Shown: one piece after another, positions 29,217 to 39,345 of the stretch
Numbering within the stretch: position 1 is the stretch's first letter
Layout of the letters: every line of letters starts with the position of its first letter
Virus record (IMG/VR): IMGVR_UViG_3300043425_001634
Location: 27,508-91,507 of that record
Reading direction: 5' to 3' (one strand)
Origin: a virus
DNA: 64,000 bases
Made by a program: the position numbers and the translations under genes
Notes under the pieces: generated by a model
Databases searched by the model: none
Told to the model about the DNA's origin: nothing
What the model saw: only the letters and a program-made list of their open reading frames with translations

Positions 29217-30569
29217 TTACGAACCTTTTTTGATTTCTTCGAGTTTTTCGAGTTTTTTGATTAAAGCCTCATTGCCTTTCTTGAGTTCGGCGTACCCGAT
29301 TTTGAGGGTTGTTCCAAACTCCTCGTCAACCAGGAGCCTTAGCAACCCATTCTTACGGCAAAATTGGATTAACTGAGCGCGTACCTGGCATTCTTTAAGT
29401 GTGGGCTTTAATAGTTTTTCGTATGCCTTGACATGGGCGCACTTTTTCCCGTACTTATAAGCAGCGCAGTCGCACTCTGTCTTGATGTCACCTGCAATTA
29501 TTTCGTGAAAAGATACCTGATTATTGGCTTTTTCTCGAATCACCGAATACAAAACGTGATGCATTTTGTATTCGGTGGGGAATACCCAGAAGTATTCCCC
29601 ATCAATTACGGCGTCGGGTTCTCGGCTAGGCGCTTGAACAACAAGAGAAGACAGCATTACAACGTAATGACCGGAATAACCTTCTGTTAAGGTGGGAACG
29701 TAACGACAGTCCCACTCATGCACCTGATGTTCTACTGCGTTTATGTGATGAACCCATCCCGGCTCATCCTCTGTGCGCGGTTCTTTTCGCACGACTTTGA
29801 TCTTTGGGGAGACGTGGTGATAAATGTGATCCGTTTGGGTAAATTTCCCCAGCAAATCACCCTTTTTTCCCTGCAAAGACTCAAGTCCCATCTCTTTGGC
29901 TTCATGCTCTGGCGCAAATACAAACACTAGCGTCTCTGACTGAAGACCATTGTCTAAATCCCGATAATACTGATTTTCTACAGGCTTGTAATTGCTCCGT
30001 ATGTAACTGGCGACTTCTTTCCAGCCATTAAATCGGTAAACCATCTCGGATATAATGACCTGATAGCTGTCTCCGCTCTTGTAGAGTGAAATCTCCGCAA
30101 AACGGACTTTATGAGGATTGATATGCAGTATTTCCCCAAAATGAGGAAACTTAATAAATTTTGCCAAAAAAGCAGGAATGTAGCTGACTTCGTAGAGGGA
30201 TGCCACAACTTTTTTGTGTCCCCAGTTTTTCTCCACCCATACTTTCTTGGGACAAAGATTTTCTTTGATCCAGAACTTATAATCTTGCCACTCGGTCAGC
30301 CCTTCGGGGGGATACGCAGCAGGCAAGTTAAATTTTTTGTCCTCAAAATCGTATGTGTCTGTAGCTGCTGTGGCTGTGTCAATCTTCTTCTTCAGTGCAT
30401 CCAATATTGAGGCTCTAGTTCCTGATGCGGATACGCCTGCCGCTTTTGCGTAGGCTCTCAATTGATTCCAACCTAGAGACTGGATTTCTTCCCAGTCAGG
30501 TGCGGTAAACCCACCGTCGCTTGATTGAGATATGTTAGAATTGACTTGATGAGAAAATTCAGATAACAT
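29217..30569 (-). CDS. SWIM zinc-finger protein with N-terminal HeH/SAP-like motif
   Basis: LGWNQLRAYAKAAGVSASGTRASILDAL; CDC...C.H. Confidence 0.7.
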   Translation of the reverse strand: MLSEFSHQVNSNISQSSDGGFTAPDWEEIQSLGWNQLRAYAKAAGVSASGTRASILDALKKKIDTATAATDTYDFEDKKFNLPAAYPPEGLTEWQDYKFWIKENLCPKKVWVEKNWGHKKVVASLYEVSYIPAFLAKFIKFPHFGEILHINPHKVRFAEISLYKSGDSYQVIISEMVYRFNGWKEVASYIRSNYKPVENQYYRDLDNGLQSETLVFVFAPEHEAKEMGLESLQGKKGDLLGKFTQTDHIYHHVSPKIKVVRKEPRTEDEPGWVHHINAVEHQVHEWDCRYVPTLTEGYSGHYVVMLSSLVVQAPSREPDAVIDGEYFWVFPTEYKMHHVLYSVIREKANNQVSFHEIIAGDIKTECDCAAYKYGKKCAHVKAYEKLLKPTLKECQVRAQLIQFCRKNGLLRLLVDEEFGTTLKIGYAELKKGNEALIKKLEKLEEIKKGS

Positions 30570-30728
30570 AATTTAGTTAGCTTCTCTGTTTTTAAGTTTG
30601 CAGATTCCTGAGATTTAGCGAAGGAAACGGATTGGAATCCGCTTGCAGGCTTAACCACAGGTTGTTTTGAACACCCATCCCGGTTCGGTCGCCAAACTTT
30701 TCCGGGATGGGTTTTTAATTCATGTTTT

Positions 30729-30758
30729 TTATGATACACGGTCTACCGTACATCGTCA
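30729..30758 (-). promoter_or_regulatory. sigma70-type promoter with palindromic operator for the leftward operon
   Basis: TTGACG-N17-TATCAT on the minus strand; the spacer holds ACGGT-AG-ACCGT; hairpin at ~30675-30713 in the leader. Confidence 0.55.
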
Positions 30759-30764
30759 ACTCCT

Positions 30765-31409
30765 TTAGGCGACAATTTTAATTTTTTTTATCCGCTGACT
30801 CAGATCCTTCTCCCCACAAGGCTTTTGTCGCTTATTAACTCTTTGAGAATTTTGGATCGCTGCAATCCATTCCATATCACCACCAGTCCCATCTTCATTC
30901 AATAGGTTGAGCAGTTTACGCGCCCGGTAGTTCGTCTCTGCTGTTAGGTGCGGTTCGGAAAGCCCAGCACACCAATCTTGTACTGTTCGGTAAGAGACGC
31001 CTAATAGATGCCCAAACCCTACCTGAGTCAATCCTGCTTTTTTTATCAGATACCGCAAATCATAGTCTGGATCGCTGATTGGCTTTTTTGCCATCACTTT
31101 TTCGATCTCCTTAATTCCATATTTTTTACAACCAGATCGCCCAGAGAGCAAAATTTTTAGGTCGTAAACCGATAACCCTAGGATTTCCCCTAGGGATTGC
31201 CACTGGTCAAGAGTTAACCTCCATTCGACCTTTCCCCCTATCCAGTTAAAAACAGTCTGGTTAGACGGTGGCTTGCCCAATTTTTTGTCCTCCCACACCT
31301 CAAATATGTATAGGTGTAAATGGCTAGGTAGTATCTGCCGCTTTTGCAAGTATAACTCAAAATGATTTGAATTGGAATCGATGTTCATGGTATGATCCTT
31401 CTTGTGCAA
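30765..31409 (-). CDS. repressor-like protein with two XRE-HTH domains
   Basis: SNQTVFNWIGG...LT and LIKKAGLTQVGFGHLLGVSYRTVQDW.AG..EPHLT. Confidence 0.75.
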   Translation of the reverse strand: MHKKDHTMNIDSNSNHFELYLQKRQILPSHLHLYIFEVWEDKKLGKPPSNQTVFNWIGGKVEWRLTLDQWQSLGEILGLSVYDLKILLSGRSGCKKYGIKEIEKVMAKKPISDPDYDLRYLIKKAGLTQVGFGHLLGVSYRTVQDWCAGLSEPHLTAETNYRARKLLNLLNEDGTGGDMEWIAAIQNSQRVNKRQKPCGEKDLSQRIKKIKIVA

Positions 31410-31775
31410 AACCGAGAGGGATGAGGCGACTATGCCGCCCCATTCCTCTCGCTCCTATCAAAGCAGGGGATTATGAAAATCCCATGAATGAGCAAAGATC
31501 AGTAGTTTTTCGGATGTCCCCTGCTTTATTTCTAGAATAAAGAATAATTTAAGATTCGTAATAAAGATTTGTGTAGCTTAAACTGAAGTCATTCCGACTT
31601 TGAGTGCTTTATCGCAAACCTGAAATAATTGAAGCGGATACAGAAAATGTCGATTTTACGTTACAAAAGTGCTTAAAAGCAAAATGATCTTAAGGAAGCG
31701 GCTACGGGTCATTTTGCTTTTATCTAGCGGGCTTATTTCCTTATCTAGCGTGTAAGCCTCAAGAATAACCCATAT

Positions 31776-32180
31776 CTAGTGGGTAATCTCTAAAGATAAG
31801 GATAATTGAGTGAAGTTTGGTAGCGAGATCGCTCGTTCAACTGCTTGGGTCTTTTTCTCGGAAATCCCCCAGTAGGCAGAAGCTTGGCTTGAGTTCCACT
31901 CCAGGCATCGAAAGTCAGCTTCGGGTAATTGGCGAATATCTAGCGCTTTTGTCTCGCAACCGAGGCACTTAATAATTTCATCGCCCAAACACTTGGACAG
32001 CATAGGGATTATGGCATTACCGATTTCTCTAAATCCATGCCAGATTGTCCGGTGGAAATGAAACCAATCTGGGGAAGTGTGCAATCTTGCGGCTTCACGA
32101 ATTGTAATACATCTCGGTTCCCGGTAGTGAATTGGCCGGGGGCGGTGTGCGATCCTTTTCTGCTCCAGTACCCGCTCCAC
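31776..32180 (-). pseudogene. C-terminal remnant of a C5-cytosine methyltransferase
   Basis: RPIH..EPRCITIREAARLH..PDWF.F......FREIGNA (motifs IX-X); motifs I-VIII absent. Confidence 0.75.
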
Positions 32181-32391
32181 AGCCTGAGAATAAATCGATC
32201 GCGATCGGTCGTTGCATTTTTTACTCTATTTATTTATTGTCAATACTTGCATATTGTACATTAAAGTTTAACAAACTTGTTTTTTTGATTTTAAACAATT
32301 AGACAAAAGTATAATCAATATTGACAGTGTATTTATTTTTTCTTATTATTGAAAATAAATTATAGCTTTAGCAGCATTTTTGCTCAACACA

Positions 32392-33006
32392 ATGAAAGGA
32401 AAGTTAATTGTTTTTGAAGGCATTGAAGGCAGCGGTAAAACCACTCAAATCAAACTAACTCAATCATGGCTACAAAGTCAAGGGTATTCGGTTGAATGTA
32501 CACGCGAACCAGGTGGCACCGAGTTAGGTCAGCAAATAAGGCAAATATTATTAGATTCCAATCAGGCGGTTTCTAATAAAACTGAATTATTACTTTACAT
32601 GGCAGATCGCGCACATCACATAGAAACCAAGATCATCCCACTCTTAAATGAAGGCAAGATTGTTTTATGCGATCGCTTCATATACTCGACTCTTGCTTAT
32701 CAAGGATTTGGCCGGAGGATTCCTGTAGGCTTGATCGATCGACTTAACTATTTTACTTGTGCTGATGTTTCTCTTGATTTAATTTTCTGGCTAGACATAT
32801 CACCAGAAAAAGGTATTCAGCGAGCAAAGTCAAGAAGTAAGCTAGATCGGATGGAATCTGAAAGCTTATCCTTTCATCAAAAAGTTTGCAGCGGATATGG
32901 CAAGATATTTGACAATTTAGACATAGTTCATAAGATAGATGCGGAAATGCCCGCCGAAGATGTCAACATAAAAATACAAGCAATTTTAGCTCAATACTTA
33001 ATATGA
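32392..33006 (+). CDS. tmk: thymidylate (dTMP) kinase
   Basis: FEGIEGSGKTTQ, TREPGGT, LCDRFIYSTLAYQG. Confidence 0.95.
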   Translation: MKGKLIVFEGIEGSGKTTQIKLTQSWLQSQGYSVECTREPGGTELGQQIRQILLDSNQAVSNKTELLLYMADRAHHIETKIIPLLNEGKIVLCDRFIYSTLAYQGFGRRIPVGLIDRLNYFTCADVSLDLIFWLDISPEKGIQRAKSRSKLDRMESESLSFHQKVCSGYGKIFDNLDIVHKIDAEMPAEDVNIKIQAILAQYLI

Positions 33007-33221
33007 AGAAAGAGAAATCAGGATACTGGCTTTTTCGGGAAACTTTATACATTGTGGGTGACTTTAGTTACGAAGATTTTACAAATAATCGTCCATTTTG
33101 TAAATTTTCAGGTTATTGTTTTTTAAGTCATCCTAGATGGAGAAAAAGCGATTTACAGTGGCGGCAAGTCATAAAAAACGGCAAACAAATATCTTGTTTT
33201 TTGTCGCCACACAAGAACTGA
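33003..33221 (+). CDS. small hypothetical protein
   Basis: 72-aa ORF coupled to tmk. Confidence 0.5.
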   Translation: MKKEKSGYWLFRETLYIVGDFSYEDFTNNRPFCKFSGYCFLSHPRWRKSDLQWRQVIKNGKQISCFLSPHKN

Positions 33222-33273
33222 TCGCAAAACTTTGTTAAAATTACAGTTATCACCTACCACTCTGGAGTTACCT

Positions 33274-34410
33274 ATGAAATTTACTTGCAAACAATCTGAT
33301 TTTAATGTAGCGCTATCTGCCGTCAGCCGCGCTATTCCTTCTCAGCCAAGTCATCCGATATTGGCTAATATTTTGATTAAAATAAAAGAAAAACAGTCGA
33401 TTCAAGTGATGGCTTATGACTTGAGTCTGGGTATTTTTGCGACTTTTCTTGCTGAAGTAGAAGACGATGATCGAAGCTGCATTACTTTACCAGCTAAATT
33501 ATTGACTAGCATAGTGTCTCACTTATCTGATGAAGATATTACCTTAGAATCTTTGCCAGGAACAAATATAGTGGAGATTACTAGCTCTACAGGAAAATAT
33601 CAAATTCAAGGTCTGGATGCCGAAGAATACCCCGCCTTACCTGATGTCAACAATCAAAATTCTTTGACGTTACCAGTTGAATTTTTTAATCAGGGATTAA
33701 ATGCTGCATTATTCGCTGTTAGTCCGGATGAAACAAAGCGGGTATTGACAGGATTGCATTTAATTGTTTCTCTCGAAAGATTAGAATTTGCTGCCACTGA
33801 CGGCCATCGACTCGCAATGATTGAGATACCTAGAGATGTCGATTCAATTGAAATGGAAGACGCAGATTTTTTTGAGGCTACAATTCCAGGTCGAGCATTA
33901 AAAGAATTGGCAAAGATAATTGGCTCAAGTAATGCCGAATCTTTGTCCATAGCATTTGAATCAAATCAAATCGCTTTTGGCATTGGAGAACAAAAAATGA
34001 TCAGCCGAATTCTTAAGGGCAAATACCCAGATTATAAGCAATTGATACCCACTCAATTCAATAAAACAGTGACAATTAATCGAAAAAAAATTATTGGCGC
34101 ATTAGAGCGAATTTCGATTTTGACTGCAACTTGTGCTCTTTTGCGTATCAGCGAATCGGATCAGTGTGTTTATGTTACCTCTGAAGCTAAAGATATCGGC
34201 ATTGGAGAAGAAATCGTTTTTGCCCAAGTAACAGGAGGCGAACTAAGTTTAAGCCTTGCCCCTAAATACGCCATTGAATCTTTAAAGCACTTAGAGGCAG
34301 AAGAAGTGCAAATTCATATTAACTCTGCTAAATCTCCAGTTGTTTTTACCCATCTAACTGGAGCAAGTGTAGTTCATCTGTTAATGCCTATCCAATCGCG
34401 ATCGCTATAA
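33274..34410 (+). CDS. dnaN: DNA polymerase III beta sliding clamp
   Basis: HPILANIL, AYDLSLGI, FAATDGHRLA, G.YPDYKQLIP, HLLMP. Confidence 0.93.
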   Translation: MKFTCKQSDFNVALSAVSRAIPSQPSHPILANILIKIKEKQSIQVMAYDLSLGIFATFLAEVEDDDRSCITLPAKLLTSIVSHLSDEDITLESLPGTNIVEITSSTGKYQIQGLDAEEYPALPDVNNQNSLTLPVEFFNQGLNAALFAVSPDETKRVLTGLHLIVSLERLEFAATDGHRLAMIEIPRDVDSIEMEDADFFEATIPGRALKELAKIIGSSNAESLSIAFESNQIAFGIGEQKMISRILKGKYPDYKQLIPTQFNKTVTINRKKIIGALERISILTATCALLRISESDQCVYVTSEAKDIGIGEEIVFAQVTGGELSLSLAPKYAIESLKHLEAEEVQIHINSAKSPVVFTHLTGASVVHLLMPIQSRSL

Positions 34411-34526
34411 TTCTATAATTTACGCTATATCCAAAACTAATCAGCCTTTCAATCCTGCCCTAAGCAAAACAGGCAGGTTTTTTTGTGCTAAACTTAATTT
34501 ATTGGGAAATAGTTTTAGGTGTCAAC

Positions 34527-35738
34527 ATGGATCCTATTGCCACAGAAAAAATACTGAATAGCGCTTTTAATCAAATAAATAAATTAAAATTTCTCGAAGA
34601 AAACCCATCGATGGCTTGCATCATAACCGATTCGCATAACAATATACTTTGGGCAAATACCGCTTTTCTTAATTTTGTTAAGTTTTCAATAGAAGAACTT
34701 TTGGACAAGCCTTTTGATTCTTTAAGAACAAGGGGCTCTGACTTTGTTGAACATAAATTAAAAGAAACTTTAAAGACAGATTATACTGCAAGTTTAGGCT
34801 TAACATTACGGACAAAAACAGACAGAGAATTTACGGTATTTGCCACAATTGTTCCTCTCAATTCTGACAATAATCGATACTTTCTGTATGTTTTTAGTTT
34901 TTATAGCGACAGAGTTAAAAATTTACTCAATTCGATGCATGAAAGTTTCAAGCAGTTAACCGGCAGTCCTTGCGTTGTTTTCATAACTTTGTCATCTTTT
35001 TACCCGTACACTGTGGAACTAATTACCAATAATTGCTTTTTGGAATTAGGGCAAGACTACCAACTAATTCAAAGCAAATCGATTCTAGAGTTCACCGAAA
35101 GTCAGGATAAAAATATACTGATTGAATCTTTTGAATCTTTAATCTTAGGACACAGTAAACTAGAAACATTAACTATTGGGTGGTACTATTCAGCAGGGAA
35201 CAAGAAAGTGCTCGATTTACTTATTCAGTTAGACGAAGAAGATAAAAAACATTTCTATGTGTTGGCCGCGCCTTCAACGAATGATTATGCGAGAGAGGAA
35301 CAGGCTCTATCCGAACTAAAAGAAATAAGCTATTTACCCCAGTCGGCACTAAGTAAAATCGAGATCATTGAAGAATGCTTAAATCATCAAAGAAAAGTGG
35401 AAGAATTTCAGGATAGACAGGCAAGATATCTTCAAGATTCTTTGGATCAACTAAGACAAGAATTAGATGACACTAAAGATCATTTGTCTGGCATATATCT
35501 CGATGTAATCGCCGTGATAGAAGATTGGAAATCAAGAAATAAGCGTCAAGAAAAAAGAATAGAAAAAATCAAGGATTTTTTGATAAAAATCCTTGAATCT
35601 CCTACTAATATTGTTGCAATAGTTACTCTTCTCACTATTTTGTTTGTCGAGGGATTACTGTTTTTTGCTCCAGAAGGTTCACGGCTTAAAAACGCACAAA
35701 AAGAAATGACAGATTTTTTAGAGAAAATTCTAAAGTGA
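34527..35738 (+). CDS. PAS-domain protein with coiled coil and C-terminal TM helix
   Basis: IITDSHNNILWANTAFLNFVKFSIEELLDKP (PAS signature); IVAIVTLLTILFVEGLLFF TM. Confidence 0.75.
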   Translation: MDPIATEKILNSAFNQINKLKFLEENPSMACIITDSHNNILWANTAFLNFVKFSIEELLDKPFDSLRTRGSDFVEHKLKETLKTDYTASLGLTLRTKTDREFTVFATIVPLNSDNNRYFLYVFSFYSDRVKNLLNSMHESFKQLTGSPCVVFITLSSFYPYTVELITNNCFLELGQDYQLIQSKSILEFTESQDKNILIESFESLILGHSKLETLTIGWYYSAGNKKVLDLLIQLDEEDKKHFYVLAAPSTNDYAREEQALSELKEISYLPQSALSKIEIIEECLNHQRKVEEFQDRQARYLQDSLDQLRQELDDTKDHLSGIYLDVIAVIEDWKSRNKRQEKRIEKIKDFLIKILESPTNIVAIVTLLTILFVEGLLFFAPEGSRLKNAQKEMTDFLEKILK

Positions 35739-35889
35739 ATTTTTACCTTGTTTTGCTGGATATCTGTTTCCGTAGGTGCCACCGGGTAGCTCTATAATAT
35801 CTGGCACGGTAATAGCATTGCCGTGAGAACCTAAGCTTAAACCTCCGCCATTCAAAAAGAATAAGATCGAAGCAAGTAAACCTAGCAAA

Positions 35890-36129
35890 CTAAGTAATTT
35901 CATATATCAATGCCTCAATCAATCTTATACTATCCTCGGCCCCTCTTTTGGCGCTTTTGCTGTCTAATGCAATCTTAAATACTTTTGATCCATAAATAGC
36001 TGCTATGTCGCTATTTTGTGCATAAAATTCAATCCTATGCCACCAACCGTCAGGATGAATATATTTGTAGTTAGATGGCTGATCGAATGTTTCCTTGAAT
36101 CCAATCTTTTTTAGTATTTTTTCTTCCAT
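35890..36129 (-). CDS. hypothetical protein
   Basis: ATG at 36129 with AAGGTGG RBS. Confidence 0.55.
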   Translation of the reverse strand: MEEKILKKIGFKETFDQPSNYKYIHPDGWWHRIEFYAQNSDIAAIYGSKVFKIALDSKSAKRGAEDSIRLIEALIYEIT

Positions 36130-36139
36130 GAACCACCTT

Positions 36140-37402
36140 TTATTCGTATGTTTTTTTTCTTTCCTGGTAAACATTAAGCAATTTTTTTAAAGACAATTGC
36201 CTTTGCCCGTAATTATTGTGAGGAAAACTTGCCCATGTTGACCCGGATTTTTGAATAGCAAGAGCAATATTTCCTTTTTCGATTAAAGGTAAGATGCCCT
36301 TGGCTTTTAGTAGTGCGATCGCCGCTCTATCTTGAGATTCTGACGTGAAATCTGGTTGAGCGTACTCGTTCCAGGTTGTCGTCAGGAATTGATAGCGTCC
36401 CGCTGCACTGCTACAAAGATCCCTTCCGTTGTATTTTCGGCAAATTACCCGGTCGGGGTGTTTGTCGAAATTTGTAATTTGTTCGTACCCGTAAGTTATT
36501 TCGTACCCATCAGGTCGCAGAGTTCCCTCTGCATAGGCGATCGTGTCCAGGAAAGCTGCAATATTGGGGCTTAATCCTTTAAGAGCAACTTTTGTGCCGT
36601 CATATTTTGCAGATGATTGTTGTCCAGGCGTAGCAGAAAATGGTTTCAGAGAAAATTGAATTAACTTCCTTGAAGGATCTCTTGATTCCCAATCCCCATT
36701 TACGAGAATTTGTGACTCGATATGCAGATGTGGGCCAGTTGAGCCGCCTGTATTGCCTGTCTCTGCAATTTTTTGTCCAACCTTGTAATTACCAGTATTA
36801 CAATTATTCAAGTGAAAATGCCTTACTCTATATTTACCTCTATCAAAAGTGAAAACTGAGTATATTCCAGCCAAACCGGGCTGATTAAAACACTCGTTTT
36901 TCCCATCGGCTACGGCATAAATTGGAGTTCCAATTGGAGTTGCAAGGTCAGAACCGTTGTGAAATTTTTGCGCCTTTGTGATTGGATGAATTCGCCAACC
37001 TCTAGGGCTTGTTACTTCGTATCCTGCCACATAACTACCTTTTGGCGGTTGTTCTCCGTTGATATTTAAGTGGCTTAAAGATTGCTTGTTTTTCTGTTTC
37101 GTTTTTTTTGTTTTGTCGCCAATAATGTCAAAAAAAACTCGAAACTCAAATTCCCTAATATCTTTAAGCACATCTTCAACTGCTTCGATTTTTTCTATAA
37201 TTGGTTTAATTTTTTGTCGATGAAAGTTATATCCATTATAACCAACCAATCCGATCAATCCAACTACTATCAGCGTCTTAATAGAAAGTTTTTTCTTTTT
37301 GGCAGCAGAAACAGGGGAAAATTGCTGTATTTGTTCGTTTTGGGTATAACGATTTTTTTTAGCGTCTTCCCCCGCTTTCAACTTAAATTCGATCTCCATC
37401 AT
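36140..37402 (-). CDS. membrane-anchored peptidoglycan hydrolase (M23 peptidase plus lambda-R-like muramidase)
   Basis: N-terminal TM; HNGSD, H.H, STGPHLH (M23); AFLDTIAYAEGT, SSAAGRYQFL..TW, WASFP (lambda lysozyme-type). Confidence 0.9.
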   Translation of the reverse strand: MMEIEFKLKAGEDAKKNRYTQNEQIQQFSPVSAAKKKKLSIKTLIVVGLIGLVGYNGYNFHRQKIKPIIEKIEAVEDVLKDIREFEFRVFFDIIGDKTKKTKQKNKQSLSHLNINGEQPPKGSYVAGYEVTSPRGWRIHPITKAQKFHNGSDLATPIGTPIYAVADGKNECFNQPGLAGIYSVFTFDRGKYRVRHFHLNNCNTGNYKVGQKIAETGNTGGSTGPHLHIESQILVNGDWESRDPSRKLIQFSLKPFSATPGQQSSAKYDGTKVALKGLSPNIAAFLDTIAYAEGTLRPDGYEITYGYEQITNFDKHPDRVICRKYNGRDLCSSAAGRYQFLTTTWNEYAQPDFTSESQDRAAIALLKAKGILPLIEKGNIALAIQKSGSTWASFPHNNYGQRQLSLKKLLNVYQERKKTYE

Positions 37403-37417
37403 TATTATCTCCTGATA

Positions 37418-37726
37418 CTATCTCCTGGGGCGGGGGATTTCTTTGATCGGTTTAACCTCTTGAATTGTTTCCACCTTGACCCGATCAAGCCCTATTCCGT
37501 AACCATCACGAAATATCATTAGGGAACAACCATTCAGTATGAATAATAATCCGCCAATCATTAATCCGTATCTTCCTAGAAGCTTTCCAAAGTTAAAATA
37601 AACCTGAGTATGCTCTTGTCCGGCTCTGTCTAGCTTCACCGAAAGCTTTCCTCCAGGTGCAGATTGTTGAGGCATTGGGTATGTCGGATAAAATGGAGCG
37701 TCTCTTTCTTCTGTTGGTCTAGCCAT
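37418..37726 (-). CDS. small membrane protein
   Basis: One hydrophobic segment; AGGAG RBS. Confidence 0.7.
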   Translation of the reverse strand: MARPTEERDAPFYPTYPMPQQSAPGGKLSVKLDRAGQEHTQVYFNFGKLLGRYGLMIGGLLFILNGCSLMIFRDGYGIGLDRVKVETIQEVKPIKEIPRPRR

Positions 37727-37743
37727 TTATTTTTCTCCTTTAA

Positions 37744-38001
37744 TTATTTTCTGCATTCAGGATGAATGGACCTTTCTTCGGGTGGAATGGAGGGACAATT
37801 GTATTGAGGCTGCGCTTCTTTAATGTCGATAAGTTCAAAATATTGAAATTCATCAATATTTCCTTCTACGCAAGCAATTGTTCTTTCTGTTATTTGATTG
37901 CTAGATATTTTTGACACCATGTACAACAAGTATCCCGACTGTCCTGTGTTGGTAAGGCAAGGTATTGGTGCATAAAGCGAAAGTATTAACATGGGCAGCA
38001 T
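37744..38001 (-). CDS. small secreted/membrane protein
   Basis: Hydrophobic N-terminus, 4 Cys; AGGAGG RBS. Confidence 0.6.
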   Translation of the reverse strand: MLPMLILSLYAPIPCLTNTGQSGYLLYMVSKISSNQITERTIACVEGNIDEFQYFELIDIKEAQPQYNCPSIPPEERSIHPECRK

Positions 38002-38016
38002 TGTGTCCTCCTTTAA

Positions 38017-39345
38017 TCAAGCTATTGGTTCTTGCGACTGCAAAAGCTTATTTAATTCTTGTCTTTTCACAGTTTCTTCCTGGTGATATTTGGAAAAAGG
38101 AATGGATTTGTACCTGGAAAAGTCGTAAGTGGCTTTTTTCGACTGACTTCCATCGGGTAATTGATAAGATGTGATTTTTACGCAATCATTTGATGGCAAA
38201 ATCGTAGGTATTTTTACAAGGCGATTAACGTCTTCTCCATTGTGAGAATAAGTAATCAAACATTCGCCCGCACATCTTAGTCCACCATCAATCTTTTTGT
38301 CCTGTTTGGCTTTAGTTTGAATTCTAGTAAATTGACGATTAAAAACGTCTTTTTTGCCCGCCAAAGCCTTGCCCAACAAACAGGCAACAGTGTTACCGTG
38401 TCCGCCGAAATAAACTCGACAATTCGTTTGTCTTAAGTTTTGAGTAATTACTTTTACTAGCCTCCTTGAGACTACCTCTAGTTCAGGGTTGTCGCCCCAA
38501 GAGGTGATTTCGTCGCATATCAGAATAACTGTAGGCAAGTCTTCCGGAAAATAAGCTTGTCCATTGGGGTAAAATCTTCTGTACTTTAATCGTTCGTCAC
38601 TCTCATTGCAAAATTTGTTAAGAGCTTGGTTTATGGACAAATAATCGTGATTGATTCCCGCTATTTCAATCCCATTTACCCATCCAGAGTAGGCGAATGG
38701 AGAGACAATCAATACAATATTTCCTTTCTTAAGGTGTTCTTCTGCAAGCCATAGAAGCTTAGAAGTTTTTCCGCCACCTTGCTGACCGTATAGCAAAATA
38801 GCTAATTCGTCGGACCATTTTCTGTAATCCAATGCCGGGTGTTCTAATTCTTCTTCTGCTGAAAAAATCCAATTTTGTGGATCATCAAATGATCGATTTT
38901 CTTCCCAGGGATCCGCATTTAAATTGTCTGGATCGGGATAGTTATACCCAATATTTTCAAAATCAGCACTGGGAGAAATGTATTCAGGGTTCTGTTGCTG
39001 TTCCTGACTGGAGATTGGGCGATTCACGGGCGGTGCAGCCATACTATGTCGAGCAGAAGCCGATCTCTCCGATCCTTGTTTGACCAACCCATCTACTCCA
39101 ACCCATCCCAAGCCTACTGAAGCAATTCCAGTTACTCCAGCAATGAATTGCAGTAAGCTTTTGTTTGGATTGAGGACATATTTTATTGTTGGCTGATTTA
39201 ATACATTATCAGCGATCGATGGGATAGCCATCAAAGAGTTCGCCTTATTTAATAATGCAAACATTACCACAATCAAGGAGAGAGAACTTGATAGCAGCAA
39301 CAAGCTAATTGTCTTCGTTGACAACGGAGCCGTCCGGACTAACAT
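38017..39345 (-). CDS. membrane-anchored P-loop ATPase (FtsK/HerA or coupling-protein-like)
   Basis: Two N-terminal TM segments; Walker A GQQGGGKT; Walker B ILICDE; LRQ..C.V. Confidence 0.75.
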   Translation of the reverse strand: MLVRTAPLSTKTISLLLLSSSLSLIVVMFALLNKANSLMAIPSIADNVLNQPTIKYVLNPNKSLLQFIAGVTGIASVGLGWVGVDGLVKQGSERSASARHSMAAPPVNRPISSQEQQQNPEYISPSADFENIGYNYPDPDNLNADPWEENRSFDDPQNWIFSAEEELEHPALDYRKWSDELAILLYGQQGGGKTSKLLWLAEEHLKKGNIVLIVSPFAYSGWVNGIEIAGINHDYLSINQALNKFCNESDERLKYRRFYPNGQAYFPEDLPTVILICDEITSWGDNPELEVVSRRLVKVITQNLRQTNCRVYFGGHGNTVACLLGKALAGKKDVFNRQFTRIQTKAKQDKKIDGGLRCAGECLITYSHNGEDVNRLVKIPTILPSNDCVKITSYQLPDGSQSKKATYDFSRYKSIPFSKYHQEETVKRQELNKLLQSQEPIA

